A stretch of DNA of 61,161 nt. Source: Clostridia bacterium (lineage in GTDB: Bacteria; CBDUZB01; JAGLHV01). Of the stretch, positions 49,584-59,250 are shown in pieces. The position numbers and the translations under genes were made by a program. The stretch is from contig DAOVVV010000013.1 in NCBI GenBank assembly GCA_030637025.1, positions 1-61,161 on the forward strand, read 5' to 3'. Numbering within the stretch: the stretch's first letter is position 1; the number at the start of each line of letters is the position of its first letter. Under the pieces are notes generated by a model. It saw nothing but the letters and a program-made list of their open reading frames with translations. It did no database searches and was not told the origin of the DNA.

Positions 49584-50978
49584 TTGAAAGTTAAAGAATA
49601 TAGAACTATTTCCGGGATGGCCGGTCCGTTGATTTTCGTAGAAGGCACTGAAGGAATAAAATATGGAGAAATCGTGGAAGTGCGCTTAGGCCTTGCCGGT
49701 AGTAATAAGAGGGAAAAAGTTCGCACCGGAAAAGTTTTGGAAGTCATAAATGATAAGGTTTTAGTCCAGTTATTTGAAGGAAGTGCCGGGTTAAATCTAA
49801 ATGAGAGCCGTATAAAATTTTTAGGGAGGGGGGTTGAATTAGCCGTTTCCCCTGATATGTTGGGAAGAATTTTTGACGGGATGGGAAAACCTATTGATGG
49901 AGGCCCGGAGATTATACCGGAGAAAAAACTGGACATAAACGGAGAATCGATTAATCCGGCTGCCCGGGATTATCCTAATGAATTTATTCAAACAGGGGTT
50001 TCTGCTATTGATGGGATGAATACACTGGTACGGGGACAGAAATTGCCTATTTTTACCGGTTCAGGACTTCCTCATAATGAATTGGCTGCCCAGATAACCC
50101 GACAGGCAAAAATTTTAGGCAAAGATGAAAAATTTGCGGTAATTTTTGCGGCTATGGGTATTACTTTCGAAGAAGCGGATTATTTTATTAATGATTTTAA
50201 AAAAACAGGGGCTATTGAAAGAGCAGTTCTTTTTGTTAATTTGGCTAATGACCCGGCGATAGAAAGATTGGCTACGCCCCGGATAGCTTTGACGGCGGCA
50301 GAATACCTGGCTTTTAGTCAGGGAATGCATGTATTAGTCATTCTCACCGATATGACCAACTATGGGGAAGCCTTACGGGAAGTTTCTGCAGCCAGAAAAG
50401 AAATTCCGGCTCGCAGAGGATACCCGGGATATATGTATACTGATTTATCTACTATTTACGAACGGGCAGGAAGGATAAAAGGAAAGAAAGGCTCCATTAC
50501 CCAAATTCCTATTTTAACTATGCCCGAAGATGATAAAACCCATCCTTTACCGGATCTTACCGGATATATTACCGAAGGACAGATTATTTTAAGCCGGGAA
50601 TTGTACCATAAAGGGGTTTATCCCCCGGTAGATGTTTTACCCTCTCTTTCCCGGTTGAAAGAAAAAGGCATTGGACAAGGTAAAACCAGAGAAGACCATG
50701 CAGATGTAACTTCTCAGCTTTTTGCTTCTTATGCCCGGGGAAAAGAAGTTAAGGAATTAGCCGTGATATTAGGGGAAGCAGCTCTTTCTCCCGTAGATAA
50801 ATTGTTTGCCCGCTTTGCCGATATTTACGAAAATGAATTTATTAAACAGGAAGAAGAGGACAATAGGACTATTGAAGATTCTTTAGATTTGGCCTGGCAG
50901 CTCTTAAAAACACTTCCCAGAAACGAATTAAAAAGAGTAAAGGATGCTATGGTAGAAAAATATATGCGGAAAGAGTAA
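49584..50978 (+). CDS. atpB: V/A-type ATP synthase subunit B
   Basis: [35 protein letters not shown]. Confidence 0.97.
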   Translation: MKVKEYRTISGMAGPLIFVEGTEGIKYGEIVEVRLGLAGSNKREKVRTGKVLEVINDKVLVQLFEGSAGLNLNESRIKFLGRGVELAVSPDMLGRIFDGMGKPIDGGPEIIPEKKLDINGESINPAARDYPNEFIQTGVSAIDGMNTLVRGQKLPIFTGSGLPHNELAAQITRQAKILGKDEKFAVIFAAMGITFEEADYFINDFKKTGAIERAVLFVNLANDPAIERLATPRIALTAAEYLAFSQGMHVLVILTDMTNYGEALREVSAARKEIPARRGYPGYMYTDLSTIYERAGRIKGKKGSITQIPILTMPEDDKTHPLPDLTGYITEGQIILSRELYHKGVYPPVDVLPSLSRLKEKGIGQGKTREDHADVTSQLFASYARGKEVKELAVILGEAALSPVDKLFARFADIYENEFIKQEEEDNRTIEDSLDLAWQLLKTLPRNELKRVKDAMVEKYMRKE

Positions 50979-50982
50979 AGTA

Positions 50983-51603
50983 ATGCGTTTAAATGTTAAT
51001 CCCAATAGAATGGAATTACTGAAGTTAAAAAAGCGGATAGTTCTGGCTCATCGCGGGCATAAACTATTAAAAGATAAACAAGATGAATTAATGCGTTATT
51101 TTTTAAGCCGGTTGACCGAAGTTAAAAAACTGCGAAAGGAAGTAGAAAAGGCTTTAAAAGAAGCACATCAATATCTTCTTCGTGCCCGGGCGATTAGTTC
51201 TTCCCAGGTAATAGAAGAGGCATTGCTTTTTCCTACGGTTAAAATTGAGCTGGAAAGTTTTTTTACTCCTTTGATGAATTTAAGGTTGGTTAATTATCGG
51301 TTGAAAATAGAAGAGAAGGAAGGTTCTTATGGTTTGGTGAATACTTCCAGTGGTTTAGATGATGCGGTAGAGCATTATAAGCAGGGTTTACCTAAAATGA
51401 TAAAATTAGCTGAATTAGAAAAAAATTTGGAGATTATAGCTAAAGAAATCACCCTTACCCGCCGCCGGGTCAATGCTTTGGAATATATATTAATTCCGGA
51501 CCTTAAAGAAACCATAAGGTATATTTCTATGAAACTGGTGGAAATAGAGCGGGGAAATCTGGTGCGATTGATGAAAGTAAAAGAAATAGTCAGGGAACAT
51601 TAG
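50983..51603 (+). CDS. atpD: V/A-type ATP synthase subunit D
   Basis: NPNRMEL, GHKLLKDKQDEL, TRRRVNALEY. Confidence 0.96.
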   Translation: MRLNVNPNRMELLKLKKRIVLAHRGHKLLKDKQDELMRYFLSRLTEVKKLRKEVEKALKEAHQYLLRARAISSSQVIEEALLFPTVKIELESFFTPLMNLRLVNYRLKIEEKEGSYGLVNTSSGLDDAVEHYKQGLPKMIKLAELEKNLEIIAKEITLTRRRVNALEYILIPDLKETIRYISMKLVEIERGNLVRLMKVKEIVREH

Positions 51604-51620
51604 AGACTAAAAACTTGTTA

Positions 51621-51656
51621 AATTGGTTGAATTGGTTTGATTGGTTGAATTGGTGA
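51621..51656. repeat. 9-bp tandem repeat (4 units)
   Basis: AATTGGTTG AATTGGTTT GATTGGTTG AATTGGTGA; degenerate second tract at ~55958-55997. Confidence 0.7.
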
Positions 51657-51703
51657 AAAAGGATAAAAAGGGAGAGTCTATAATTTTTTTTGTATGATAA
51701 AAT

Positions 51704-52630
51704 ATGAGTAAAGACAATAAAATATTAAAAGTATATGATGTAATTTACCCCGAGGAAGAAAAAAATATTCCTGCTATCTATGAAAAGGATAAACAATTCT
51801 TTGATATGGCAGTGAAACTATTAAAATTATTCAGTCTTTTGAAAGAGATAATTAAACCGGAGAATAGTAGTAAGGAAGTTATAGAAGCACTTTTTGGATT
51901 GCACACGCAATCATTTAGATTATTTCGTTCTATTGTGATATTATGTAAATCCGGTCTTGCATCAGAAGCCTGCATACAACTTCGTTCTTTATTAGAAGTA
52001 ATAAGTTATTTGCTTTATATTGCTGAAAAAGATCACAGGGAACGATTAGCACATTATCAACATTCCAGAAATTTATCGGAAGAAGTTGCTATGGATAAAT
52101 TTTTATTTTGTTTCCCTGAGGATAAAAAAGAACAAAATGAAAAACGGCAGCAAATATTAAAAAAAAAGGAAGAAGCAATACAATATTTTCGAAAAAAACA
52201 TTCTGAAAATTTATCGGAAAAAATTAAAGAGGAAATAAAAAAATTAGCGTGTATTAATCCCAAAAATAAAAATATAAAAATAGAAAAAATAGAACTTAAA
52301 ATTATCAAAAGAGATTATTGTTTGAAACCACAAGAAGCAGGTGAATCCTTAAGAGATAACAAGTTTTTTATTAAGAATTACAAGGTTCTTTATCCTCGTG
52401 CATCGGCTATAAGTCATGGTGAAAAAATAAATGAGTTTAGTTGTTCTACTGATAATCCGACAGAATTTCGAGGCCGATTGATGGGAGGACATAGAAGAGA
52501 GTGTTTAATTTGTTCCTGTACTCTTTTTTTCTTGGGTATCCAAAAGATAAATGAGTTATTTCAAATAGGAAAAGAGGATAGAATAAACGAGATGGATAAT
52601 GAGTTAGATGAGTATTATGAAAAACAATAA
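51704..52630 (+). CDS. DUF5677-like all-helical protein
   Basis: EACIQLRSLLE and YPRASAISHG motifs. Confidence 0.6.
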   Translation: MSKDNKILKVYDVIYPEEEKNIPAIYEKDKQFFDMAVKLLKLFSLLKEIIKPENSSKEVIEALFGLHTQSFRLFRSIVILCKSGLASEACIQLRSLLEVISYLLYIAEKDHRERLAHYQHSRNLSEEVAMDKFLFCFPEDKKEQNEKRQQILKKKEEAIQYFRKKHSENLSEKIKEEIKKLACINPKNKNIKIEKIELKIIKRDYCLKPQEAGESLRDNKFFIKNYKVLYPRASAISHGEKINEFSCSTDNPTEFRGRLMGGHRRECLICSCTLFFLGIQKINELFQIGKEDRINEMDNELDEYYEKQ

Positions 52631-52695
52631 TAAGCAAGTAATAAAGGGATGATAGACCCTTATTTCTTTATAGGTGGGATAAAGTTCAAAAAGAG

Positions 52696-53514
52696 GTGAT
52701 TAAAATGCCGGTAATCGGGATGGCTACCAGTAATTTTTTTATGGAGAAAGATATTTTTGAATCAATAAAATTTGCCCGGGATAATGAGTTTTCCGGAGTA
52801 GAAATATGGAGTGATGTTCCTCATTGTTATGTTGACGAGTTTAGTAAGGGTAAAGAGCAGTGGGGTAAATTAAAAGAACTTTTAACTAAAAGTAAATTGC
52901 AAAGTGCTTTCCATGCTCCTATGTTTGGAATAAATATTGCCTCGGTAAATCATGGTATACGGAAAGAATCAATACGCCAGGTAATGGCTGCAATAGATTT
53001 GGCCCAGACTGTAGGAAGTGAAATAGTAGTTTTTCATTCCGGTAAAAGGCCGGCGGTAATAACTTCTTCCAGGGTAAAAGAGGTAACTTTTAGTTTGAAT
53101 AAAGAAGCAATTATTGCCATAAAAAAATATGCTCAGGGAAAAAAAGTGCATGCAGTACTGGAAAATTGTGGAGTCGATAAAGATGATTACGAGGAAAGTT
53201 TACCTGATTTTATGTACTTAGTTGAAAGTTGTGAAATAGATGTATGCTGGGATGTGGGTCATTCCCACTGTTCCTGGGGGGTAAAAGAGACCTTTGAGTC
53301 CTTAAAAGACAAAATTAAGCATATTCATATTCACGATAATGATCGTACTTATGATCAACATTTACCTGTGGGGATGGGAAATATTGATTACCAGCTGGTG
53401 TTTCCTTTTTTGAAAAAATTTTCCGGGATGATTGTTCATGAAATTCAAAGTATAGATAATTGCGAGGAAAAAACAATTCAGAGTAAAAAGGAATTGGATA
53501 AATTGTTAAGGTAG
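52696..53514 (+). CDS. Sugar phosphate isomerase/epimerase (AP endonuclease 2 TIM barrel)
   Basis: FHAP, VVFHSG, LEN, DVGHSH, HIHIHDN..DQHLPVG. Confidence 0.88.
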   Translation: MIKMPVIGMATSNFFMEKDIFESIKFARDNEFSGVEIWSDVPHCYVDEFSKGKEQWGKLKELLTKSKLQSAFHAPMFGINIASVNHGIRKESIRQVMAAIDLAQTVGSEIVVFHSGKRPAVITSSRVKEVTFSLNKEAIIAIKKYAQGKKVHAVLENCGVDKDDYEESLPDFMYLVESCEIDVCWDVGHSHCSWGVKETFESLKDKIKHIHIHDNDRTYDQHLPVGMGNIDYQLVFPFLKKFSGMIVHEIQSIDNCEEKTIQSKKELDKLLR

Positions 53515-53582
53515 AGAAAACAGCAAACATTAATGTAAGATGGATTTATTTTAAAAATACTGTAATATTTTTAAGTAATAGT

Positions 53583-53630
53583 TCATAAAGGCATAAAGGC
53601 ACAGAGGCACAAAGTTAAAAGATAAAAGAC
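53583..53630. repeat. 8-bp repeat tract with inverted partners at ~54005-54056 and ~54464-54515
   Basis: AAGGCATAAAGGCACAGAGGCACAAAGTTAAAAG vs CTTTTAACTTTGTGCCTCTGTGCCTTGATGCCTT. Confidence 0.7.
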
Positions 53631-53773
53631 TGCTAACGGCAAAAAATAGTCCATAGTCAGAAATTACAGTTATTAGTTACGAGTTATAAATTATTAGTTA
53701 AAAAAAAGTTTAAATTTTGCTTGTTCGCTCCGCCTGAGGCGGATAAGGCGGGAAGTTGGGAGTTTGAACGAGG

Positions 53774-53941
53774 AAAATGAAGGCAAAACATATTTTTCTC
53801 TAGATGCATAATTTTACCCTATGGGCACGCAAAAACAAGCTAAAAATGGAAAACTCGCTTTGCTCAGACAGTTCCATTTTTTTAACGCTTGTTTCTGCTA
53901 AAATTTGCTATATCGTTCAAAACACATTTTCCCTTCATTTT
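53774..53941 (+). repeat. Structured repeat family B copy
   Basis: AAGGCAAAA..ACCCT..GGGCACGCAAAAACAAGCT..AACTCGCTTTGCTC..TCGTTCAAAAC..CCTT. Confidence 0.85.
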
Positions 53942-54185
53942 TTTGTTTGTAATTGTTCCGTTTATAGAGGTGTTTTTTCGTGTTTATTCTTTGTCTCTGT
54001 TTTTGTCTTTTTCTTTTAACTTTGTGCCTCTGTGCCTTGATGCCTTTGTGCCTGTCTTTAACTGTATTTTGAAGTTGGGAGTTGGGAATTTGAAATAATA
54101 GTCAAGTATAGTTTATGACACGAACGGAGTGAGTCTGTGACTGTTTGTGATACAGTATTTATGAGTTGGGGGTTTGGAACGAGGT

Positions 54186-54400
54186 AAAAGGAAGGCAAAA
54201 TATGTTTTTCATAGGATGGCATAGTTTTACCCTATGGGCATGCAAAAACAGGCTAAAAATGGCTTAGACAGGCTTATTTTTTTTACGCGAATTTAATTTG
54301 GGGCGAGACCTTGGTTGCCCAAAAGACTTAAAGGGTGGGTAAGCCCACCCCTACGCAAAAAATTTGCTATATCGTTCAAATCACATTTTCCCTTCATTTT
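54186..54400 (+). repeat. Family B copy carrying a GTAG-type REP-like doublet
   Basis: Same ends as 53774; extra GGGGCGAGACCTTGGTTGCCC..AGGGTGGGTAAGCCCACCCCTAC at ~54300-54354. Confidence 0.75.
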
Positions 54401-54633
54401 TTTGTTTGTAATTGCTCTGTTTATAGAGGTGTTTTTTCGTGTTTATTCTTTGTCTCTGTTTTTGTCTTTTTCTTTTAACTTTGTGCCTCTGTGCCTTGAT
54501 GCCTTTGTGCCTGTCTTTAACTGTATTTTGAAGTTGGGAGTTGGGAATTTGAAAAAGTAGTCAAAAATAGTTTGTGATATAGTATTTATGTACGGATTAT
54601 TTAACACTATTTACGAAGGGAGCGAAATAATCT

Positions 54634-55947
54634 ATGAATCGAATATTAGAAAAAATTTTTAAATTAAAAGTTCATAGAACAACGATAAAAACAGAAATAT
54701 TGGCGGGTCTGGTTACTTTTATGACTATGGCTTACATTATTATCGTTAATCCGGCTATTCTACAAAGGGCTGGAATACCTATCGGTCCCTCAATGGTGGC
54801 TACGATAATTGCTGCCTTTTTTGGAACAATATTAATGGCTTTTTATGCTAATAGACCTTTTGCCATTGCCCCTTATATGGGTGAAAATGCTTTTATTGCT
54901 TTTACAGTAGTAGGTGTATTGGGCTATTCCTGGCAAACGGCTCTGGGAGCTGTTTTTATCGGGGGCGTAATTTTTACCTTACTTACCGTTTTTAAACTGC
55001 GGGGTTGGTTAGCCAATGCTATTCCGTTAGGACTTAAATATAGTTTTGCCGCTGGAATAGGATTGTTTTTAACTTTTATTGGATTAAATGAAACAGGCAT
55101 TGTTTGTTTAGGGGTTCCCGGTGCACCGGTTCATCTGGGGAAGGTTACCAGTACGCCTGTATTGTTATCTATATTTTGTTTTGTTTTGATATCTGCCTTA
55201 ATGATTAAGAAGATAAAAGGATCCATAATTATTGGAATATTAGCAACGACTTTTTTGTCTTTTATTTTTGGAGTAGCAGAAGTTCCTTCCCGTTGGATTA
55301 GTTCTCCCCCCAGTCTTGCCCCTATTTTTCTTAAAATAGATTTTTTAGGTGCTTTAAAATGGGGATTTGTTCCTATAATCCTTACTTTATTTATTATGGA
55401 TTTTGTAGACACTATTGGAACATTGATTGGGGTCTCTGCCCGGGCTGGATTTTTGGACAAACAAGGAAATCTTTCGGAAATAGAAAAACCGATGTTAGCG
55501 GATGCCTTAGCTACTATTGTTGGTTCATTAGTAGGAACTACAACCACTGGGACTTATATTGAATCGGCTGCAGGAATTGAAGAAGGTGGGCGGACAGGAT
55601 TGAGTTCTTTGATTGTAGCTCTGTTGTTTTTAAGTAGTCTTTTTTTTGTTCCTTTTCTTACCGCAATTCCTTCTCTGGCTTATGGTCCGGTTTTAATTAT
55701 TGTTGGTCTTTTAATGTTAGAGTCAATAACTAAAATTAATTTTAGCGATTATACAGAATCTATCCCTGCTTTTGTAGTTATAATTTTGATGAGTTTTACT
55801 TATAATATAGGAGTGGGAATAACCGGGGGTTTTGTTCTGTATCCTTTTTTTAAAATTGTTGCAGGGAGATATAAAGAAATTCATCCGGCAATGTGGATAT
55901 TAACCGGGATGTCTCTTTTGTTTTTTATATTTTATCCTTATGGATGA
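54634..55947 (+). CDS. NCS2 family (AzgA/PbuG-like) purine permease
   Basis: TFMTMAYII.VNP, APYMGENAF, YIESAAGI..GGRTGL. Confidence 0.93.
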   Translation: MNRILEKIFKLKVHRTTIKTEILAGLVTFMTMAYIIIVNPAILQRAGIPIGPSMVATIIAAFFGTILMAFYANRPFAIAPYMGENAFIAFTVVGVLGYSWQTALGAVFIGGVIFTLLTVFKLRGWLANAIPLGLKYSFAAGIGLFLTFIGLNETGIVCLGVPGAPVHLGKVTSTPVLLSIFCFVLISALMIKKIKGSIIIGILATTFLSFIFGVAEVPSRWISSPPSLAPIFLKIDFLGALKWGFVPIILTLFIMDFVDTIGTLIGVSARAGFLDKQGNLSEIEKPMLADALATIVGSLVGTTTTGTYIESAAGIEEGGRTGLSSLIVALLFLSSLFFVPFLTAIPSLAYGPVLIIVGLLMLESITKINFSDYTESIPAFVVIILMSFTYNIGVGITGGFVLYPFFKIVAGRYKEIHPAMWILTGMSLLFFIFYPYG

Positions 55948-56041
55948 AAAAAACTGTTTAATTAGTTAAATTTGTTTTATTCGTTGAATTGGTTAAAAGG
56001 ACAAACAGATACGGATGTATGATTTTTAAAACTTAAGAAAA

Positions 56042-56057
56042 TGTTTCACGTGAAACA
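56042..56057. promoter_or_regulatory. parS centromere site
   Basis: Perfect TGTTTCACGTGAAACA. Confidence 0.92.
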
Positions 56058-56135
56058 TTTTTAAGATGATTCTACGATTTTTGGTAATATTTTGCGAAAG
56101 AGATTTTATAAGAAAGCACAAAAAGGAAAAAATAA

Positions 56136-57074
56136 ATGCGTAAGTTAAAAGTGGGATTAGCTTTGGGTGGAGGTGGAGCAAGGGGATTCGCTCATTTGGG
56201 AATCTTAAAAGTCTTTCAACATCATAAAATTCCCATTGACATTATTGCCGGAACAAGTATGGGTGCGATGATTGGAGGATTGTATGCTTTACATCCGGAT
56301 ATTGATTTTTTGGAAAATAAAATACAAAATAATTTAAAAAGCGATTTATTTGGTGAACTGAGTAGAAATCTTTTAAAACAAGATGAGAATATTCAAATCA
56401 GGCCATTTCATCGTTTTATTAGTTATATTAAACAGTTATACCTTTATTATAATTTATATAAAAAGAAAGATTCTCTCCTGGAAGAAAAACAAATAGAAAA
56501 GATTTTAGAGGTGCTTTTTTCCGAAAAGAATATAGAAGACACAAAAATTCCTTTTGTCTGTGTGGCCGCAGATCTTTGCAAGGGAGAAGAGATTACTTTT
56601 TTTAGGGGTTCAATGAGAGAAGCTGTTCAGGCCAGTATGACTATTCCCGGGGTTTTTCCTCCTTTACGATGGAAAGAGAAATTACTGGTGGATGGAGCGG
56701 TGGTAGAGACGGTACCTGTTTCTGCGGCTTTTAAATTGGGAGCGGATATAGTAATTGCGGTAGATGTGAGGAGTAAGTTACGACATACAAGCAGTATAGA
56801 TAATGGACTCGCTATTATTTTTAGAGCAAATAAAATTACTGGAATAAAATTTTCTGATTTGCAATTAAAGGAAGCGGATTTTATACTTAGTCCCGGAATA
56901 AAAAATATTTCCTGGATGAGTTTTAAAAAAGCTGGTTATTGTATTCAACAAGGGGAAAAAGAGGCAAATTTGAAGATAGAGGAAATAAAAACCTTAATTA
57001 AGAGAATGAGAAAAAAGACATTTTTAAAAAGACTCCTGGGAGGGGAGAGAAATAAAAAGAGGATTGGTGAATAA
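56136..57074 (+). CDS. Patatin-like phospholipase
   Basis: GGGGARG, GTSMG, VDGA. Confidence 0.92.
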   Translation: MRKLKVGLALGGGGARGFAHLGILKVFQHHKIPIDIIAGTSMGAMIGGLYALHPDIDFLENKIQNNLKSDLFGELSRNLLKQDENIQIRPFHRFISYIKQLYLYYNLYKKKDSLLEEKQIEKILEVLFSEKNIEDTKIPFVCVAADLCKGEEITFFRGSMREAVQASMTIPGVFPPLRWKEKLLVDGAVVETVPVSAAFKLGADIVIAVDVRSKLRHTSSIDNGLAIIFRANKITGIKFSDLQLKEADFILSPGIKNISWMSFKKAGYCIQQGEKEANLKIEEIKTLIKRMRKKTFLKRLLGGERNKKRIGE

Positions 57075-57085
57075 GGGTGGGGATG

Positions 57086-57168
57086 AATAAAGGCAAAATA
57101 TGTTTTTCTCTAAACGCTTATTTTCGCTAAAATTTGCTAAGTCGTTCAAAACATATTTTACCTTTATT
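57086..57168 (+). repeat. Internally deleted family B copy
   Basis: Both ends of 60829-60998 joined at AACGC; outer stem AATAAAGG/CCTTTATT. Confidence 0.8.
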
Positions 57169-57237
57169 TTTTAGTAGTTATTTTACATTAGAGCGAATAA
57201 AAATGTCAAATAAGAGTGGAGTAAATAGTTTAATTTC

Positions 57238-58020
57238 ATGAAAAAAATAGAAAATTTATTTAAAAGCGGACTGGGTCCATTAGGAATAGAAATTGAGACA
57301 GAGCAATTAAATAACTTTCTAATTTATTTGGAACAATTAAAAGAATGGAATAATCAATTTAATTTAACATCCATAGTTCAGGAAAAAGATATTATCATCA
57401 AGCATTTTATTGATTCGCTTACTTGTTTTTTATGTTTTCCCAATATTTTTAAACAGCGGTTTGGAAAAGGGTTTATTTTATCACCTTCTTCAAATTTATT
57501 GAAAGATTGGAAAATCATGGATGTTGGTTCGGGGGCCGGATTTCCCGGATTACCGCTTAAAATTTGTGTTCCGGAAATAAAATTGACTTTATTAGAGAGT
57601 TCAAGAAAAAAAGCATTGTTTTTAAAACATATTTGTAAAAAATTACAACTAAGGGATGTTTTAGTCCTTTATAATCGGGCAGAAATTTGTGGAAGGGATT
57701 TGCAGTATAGAGAAAAATATGAAATAGTAGTTTCCCGTGCTGTAGGGAAACTATCTTTTTTAGCAGAATATTGTTTGCCTTTTGTAAAAGTAAATGGTAT
57801 AATGATAGCTCAAAAGGGACCGGCAGTGGAAGAGGAATTAAAAGGAGCTGAAAAAGCAATCAATATTTTGGGAGGGAAGATCAAAGAAATAAAGGAAATA
57901 GACCTTAAATTTGAAAAAATAGAATTGAAAAGAAATTTGGTGGTTATTGAAAAAATATTTACTACTCCGGAAAAGTATCCCAGAAAACCCGGGATGCCTT
58001 CCAAGAGGCCGATAAAATAA
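57238..58020 (+). CDS. rsmG: 16S rRNA m7G527 methyltransferase
   Basis: WNNQFNLT, KHFIDSL, DVGSGAGFPG, VSRAV, YPRKPG. Confidence 0.96.
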   Translation: MKKIENLFKSGLGPLGIEIETEQLNNFLIYLEQLKEWNNQFNLTSIVQEKDIIIKHFIDSLTCFLCFPNIFKQRFGKGFILSPSSNLLKDWKIMDVGSGAGFPGLPLKICVPEIKLTLLESSRKKALFLKHICKKLQLRDVLVLYNRAEICGRDLQYREKYEIVVSRAVGKLSFLAEYCLPFVKVNGIMIAQKGPAVEEELKGAEKAINILGGKIKEIKEIDLKFEKIELKRNLVVIEKIFTTPEKYPRKPGMPSKRPIK

Positions 58021-58059
58021 TAACTATTCCCCTGTGAGGTGAGAAAGGGTTTGATAAAT

Positions 58060-58075
58060 TGTTTCACGTGAAACA
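58060..58075. promoter_or_regulatory. parS centromere site
   Basis: Perfect TGTTTCACGTGAAACA. Confidence 0.92.
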
Positions 58076-58096
58076 ATTTGGAAAAGGAGGGAAGGG

Positions 58097-58948
58097 ATGG
58101 TTAAGGAAATTATATTGAAGCATTTGTTTGATATAATAAAAAAAGGAGCTAAAATTACTTATGCAAATATTAAGTATGGTTTAATTTTCGCGTTAGTAAA
58201 TTTTATTTGGATTTTTTATCTTGGAAAAGAAAGATATGGCCTGATTGAAATAATGGGGGTCTTGTCCGGAGGGATTTTAATAATATTTGTTTTCGCAGGT
58301 ATGGTAAGTGTAATAAAAGATAATTTAAAAAATTTACCGGTTAATTTTAGAGAAGGAGGAAAAAAGTACTTTTTTAAAGTTTTAGGTTGGGTAATTTTAG
58401 GAATATGGTTAAATGTTATAAATAGCTGTATTTTTGCCCTTTTGCCTTTCTGTTTCGCTAATATTTACTTGTTGTTGCCCCTAGGAATAATAATGGCTAT
58501 AATAATAGCCATATATCTTCTTTCTTTAATAAATATATTTGTATACGAAGATACATCTATGTTTAATAGTGTTTATGCAACATTGCAATTTGTTAGGTGT
58601 TATTTTTCTCAAATCCTTTATTTGTTTTTTATACTTTCCCTTGTTGGAATGGGAATAGAAGGAATTTATTTAGGAATTAGATTTTTGGCAACACTGGTGA
58701 AAGATATTAATTATGTTAATATTGTAATTTTAAGTGTAGGAAAAATTTTAAAAGAAATTTTTTATGCTATATTTATTTTTTTGGTAAGCACTGTTTTAAT
58801 GGGATTTTACCACTCAAAAAAAGAGGAATTTTTTCCAAAGGGTTGGAAAACAACCTGGAAGAAATCAGTTGTTGTTTCTATAGCAGTGATTGTAAGTAGT
58901 TTATTAGTTATCGGTGTTTTGTGGGGCTATACACAAAACGTCCGATAA
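58097..58948 (+). CDS. Multi-pass membrane protein of unknown function
   Basis: Hydrophobic helices; GGKKYFFKVLG resembles 7835-8647; AGGAGG RBS. Confidence 0.7.
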   Translation: MVKEIILKHLFDIIKKGAKITYANIKYGLIFALVNFIWIFYLGKERYGLIEIMGVLSGGILIIFVFAGMVSVIKDNLKNLPVNFREGGKKYFFKVLGWVILGIWLNVINSCIFALLPFCFANIYLLLPLGIIMAIIIAIYLLSLINIFVYEDTSMFNSVYATLQFVRCYFSQILYLFFILSLVGMGIEGIYLGIRFLATLVKDINYVNIVILSVGKILKEIFYAIFIFLVSTVLMGFYHSKKEEFFPKGWKTTWKKSVVVSIAVIVSSLLVIGVLWGYTQNVR

Positions 58949-59174
58949 AAAAAGATATAATATTTTGAAAGATGCACAAATCCTTGAGAAGTGGCAAAGA
59001 AAAACTTTTGGATAAAAATATGCAGGTTGAAGGAGACTTAGTTTGTATTGTAAATTTAGAGGTTGATTTTGAAAAACAAATTAAACAGATTCTTTGTAGT
59101 TTGAAGGAAGAGGAATAAAGATGTGTTCGGTAAGACCTTATTTTACCTGCGAGATGGGATAAGAGCAAAAAAAA

Positions 59175-59190
59175 TGTTTCACGTGAAACA
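59175..59190. promoter_or_regulatory. parS centromere site
   Basis: Perfect TGTTTCACGTGAAACA. Confidence 0.92.
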
Positions 59191-59250
59191 TTTTAGTGGT
59201 AGGTTTTAGTTTTTTTATGTGATGTACACAGGAATAAAGGTGAAAAGAGA

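Larger units (their letters stand above)
53754..54590. repeat. Tandem duplication of a ~410-bp non-coding unit, each containing a family B element
   Basis: 53900-54095 nearly identical to 54359-54554; units start at ~53754 and ~54163. Confidence 0.85.

Noticed and set aside
53804-54560. Short ORFs 53804-54019, 53889-54098 and 54315-54560
   Set aside because: They run through duplicated T-rich repeats, lack an RBS and give Phe-rich low-complexity translations.
53800-54630. Purine riboswitch upstream of the NCS2 permease
   Set aside because: ATGGGCACGC is only superficially similar; the TTTCTACC core is missing and the sequence belongs to repeat family B.
58972-59118. 48-codon ORF MHKSLRSG..KEEE
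   Set aside because: No recognisable motif or clear RBS; may be a gene remnant but cannot be supported.
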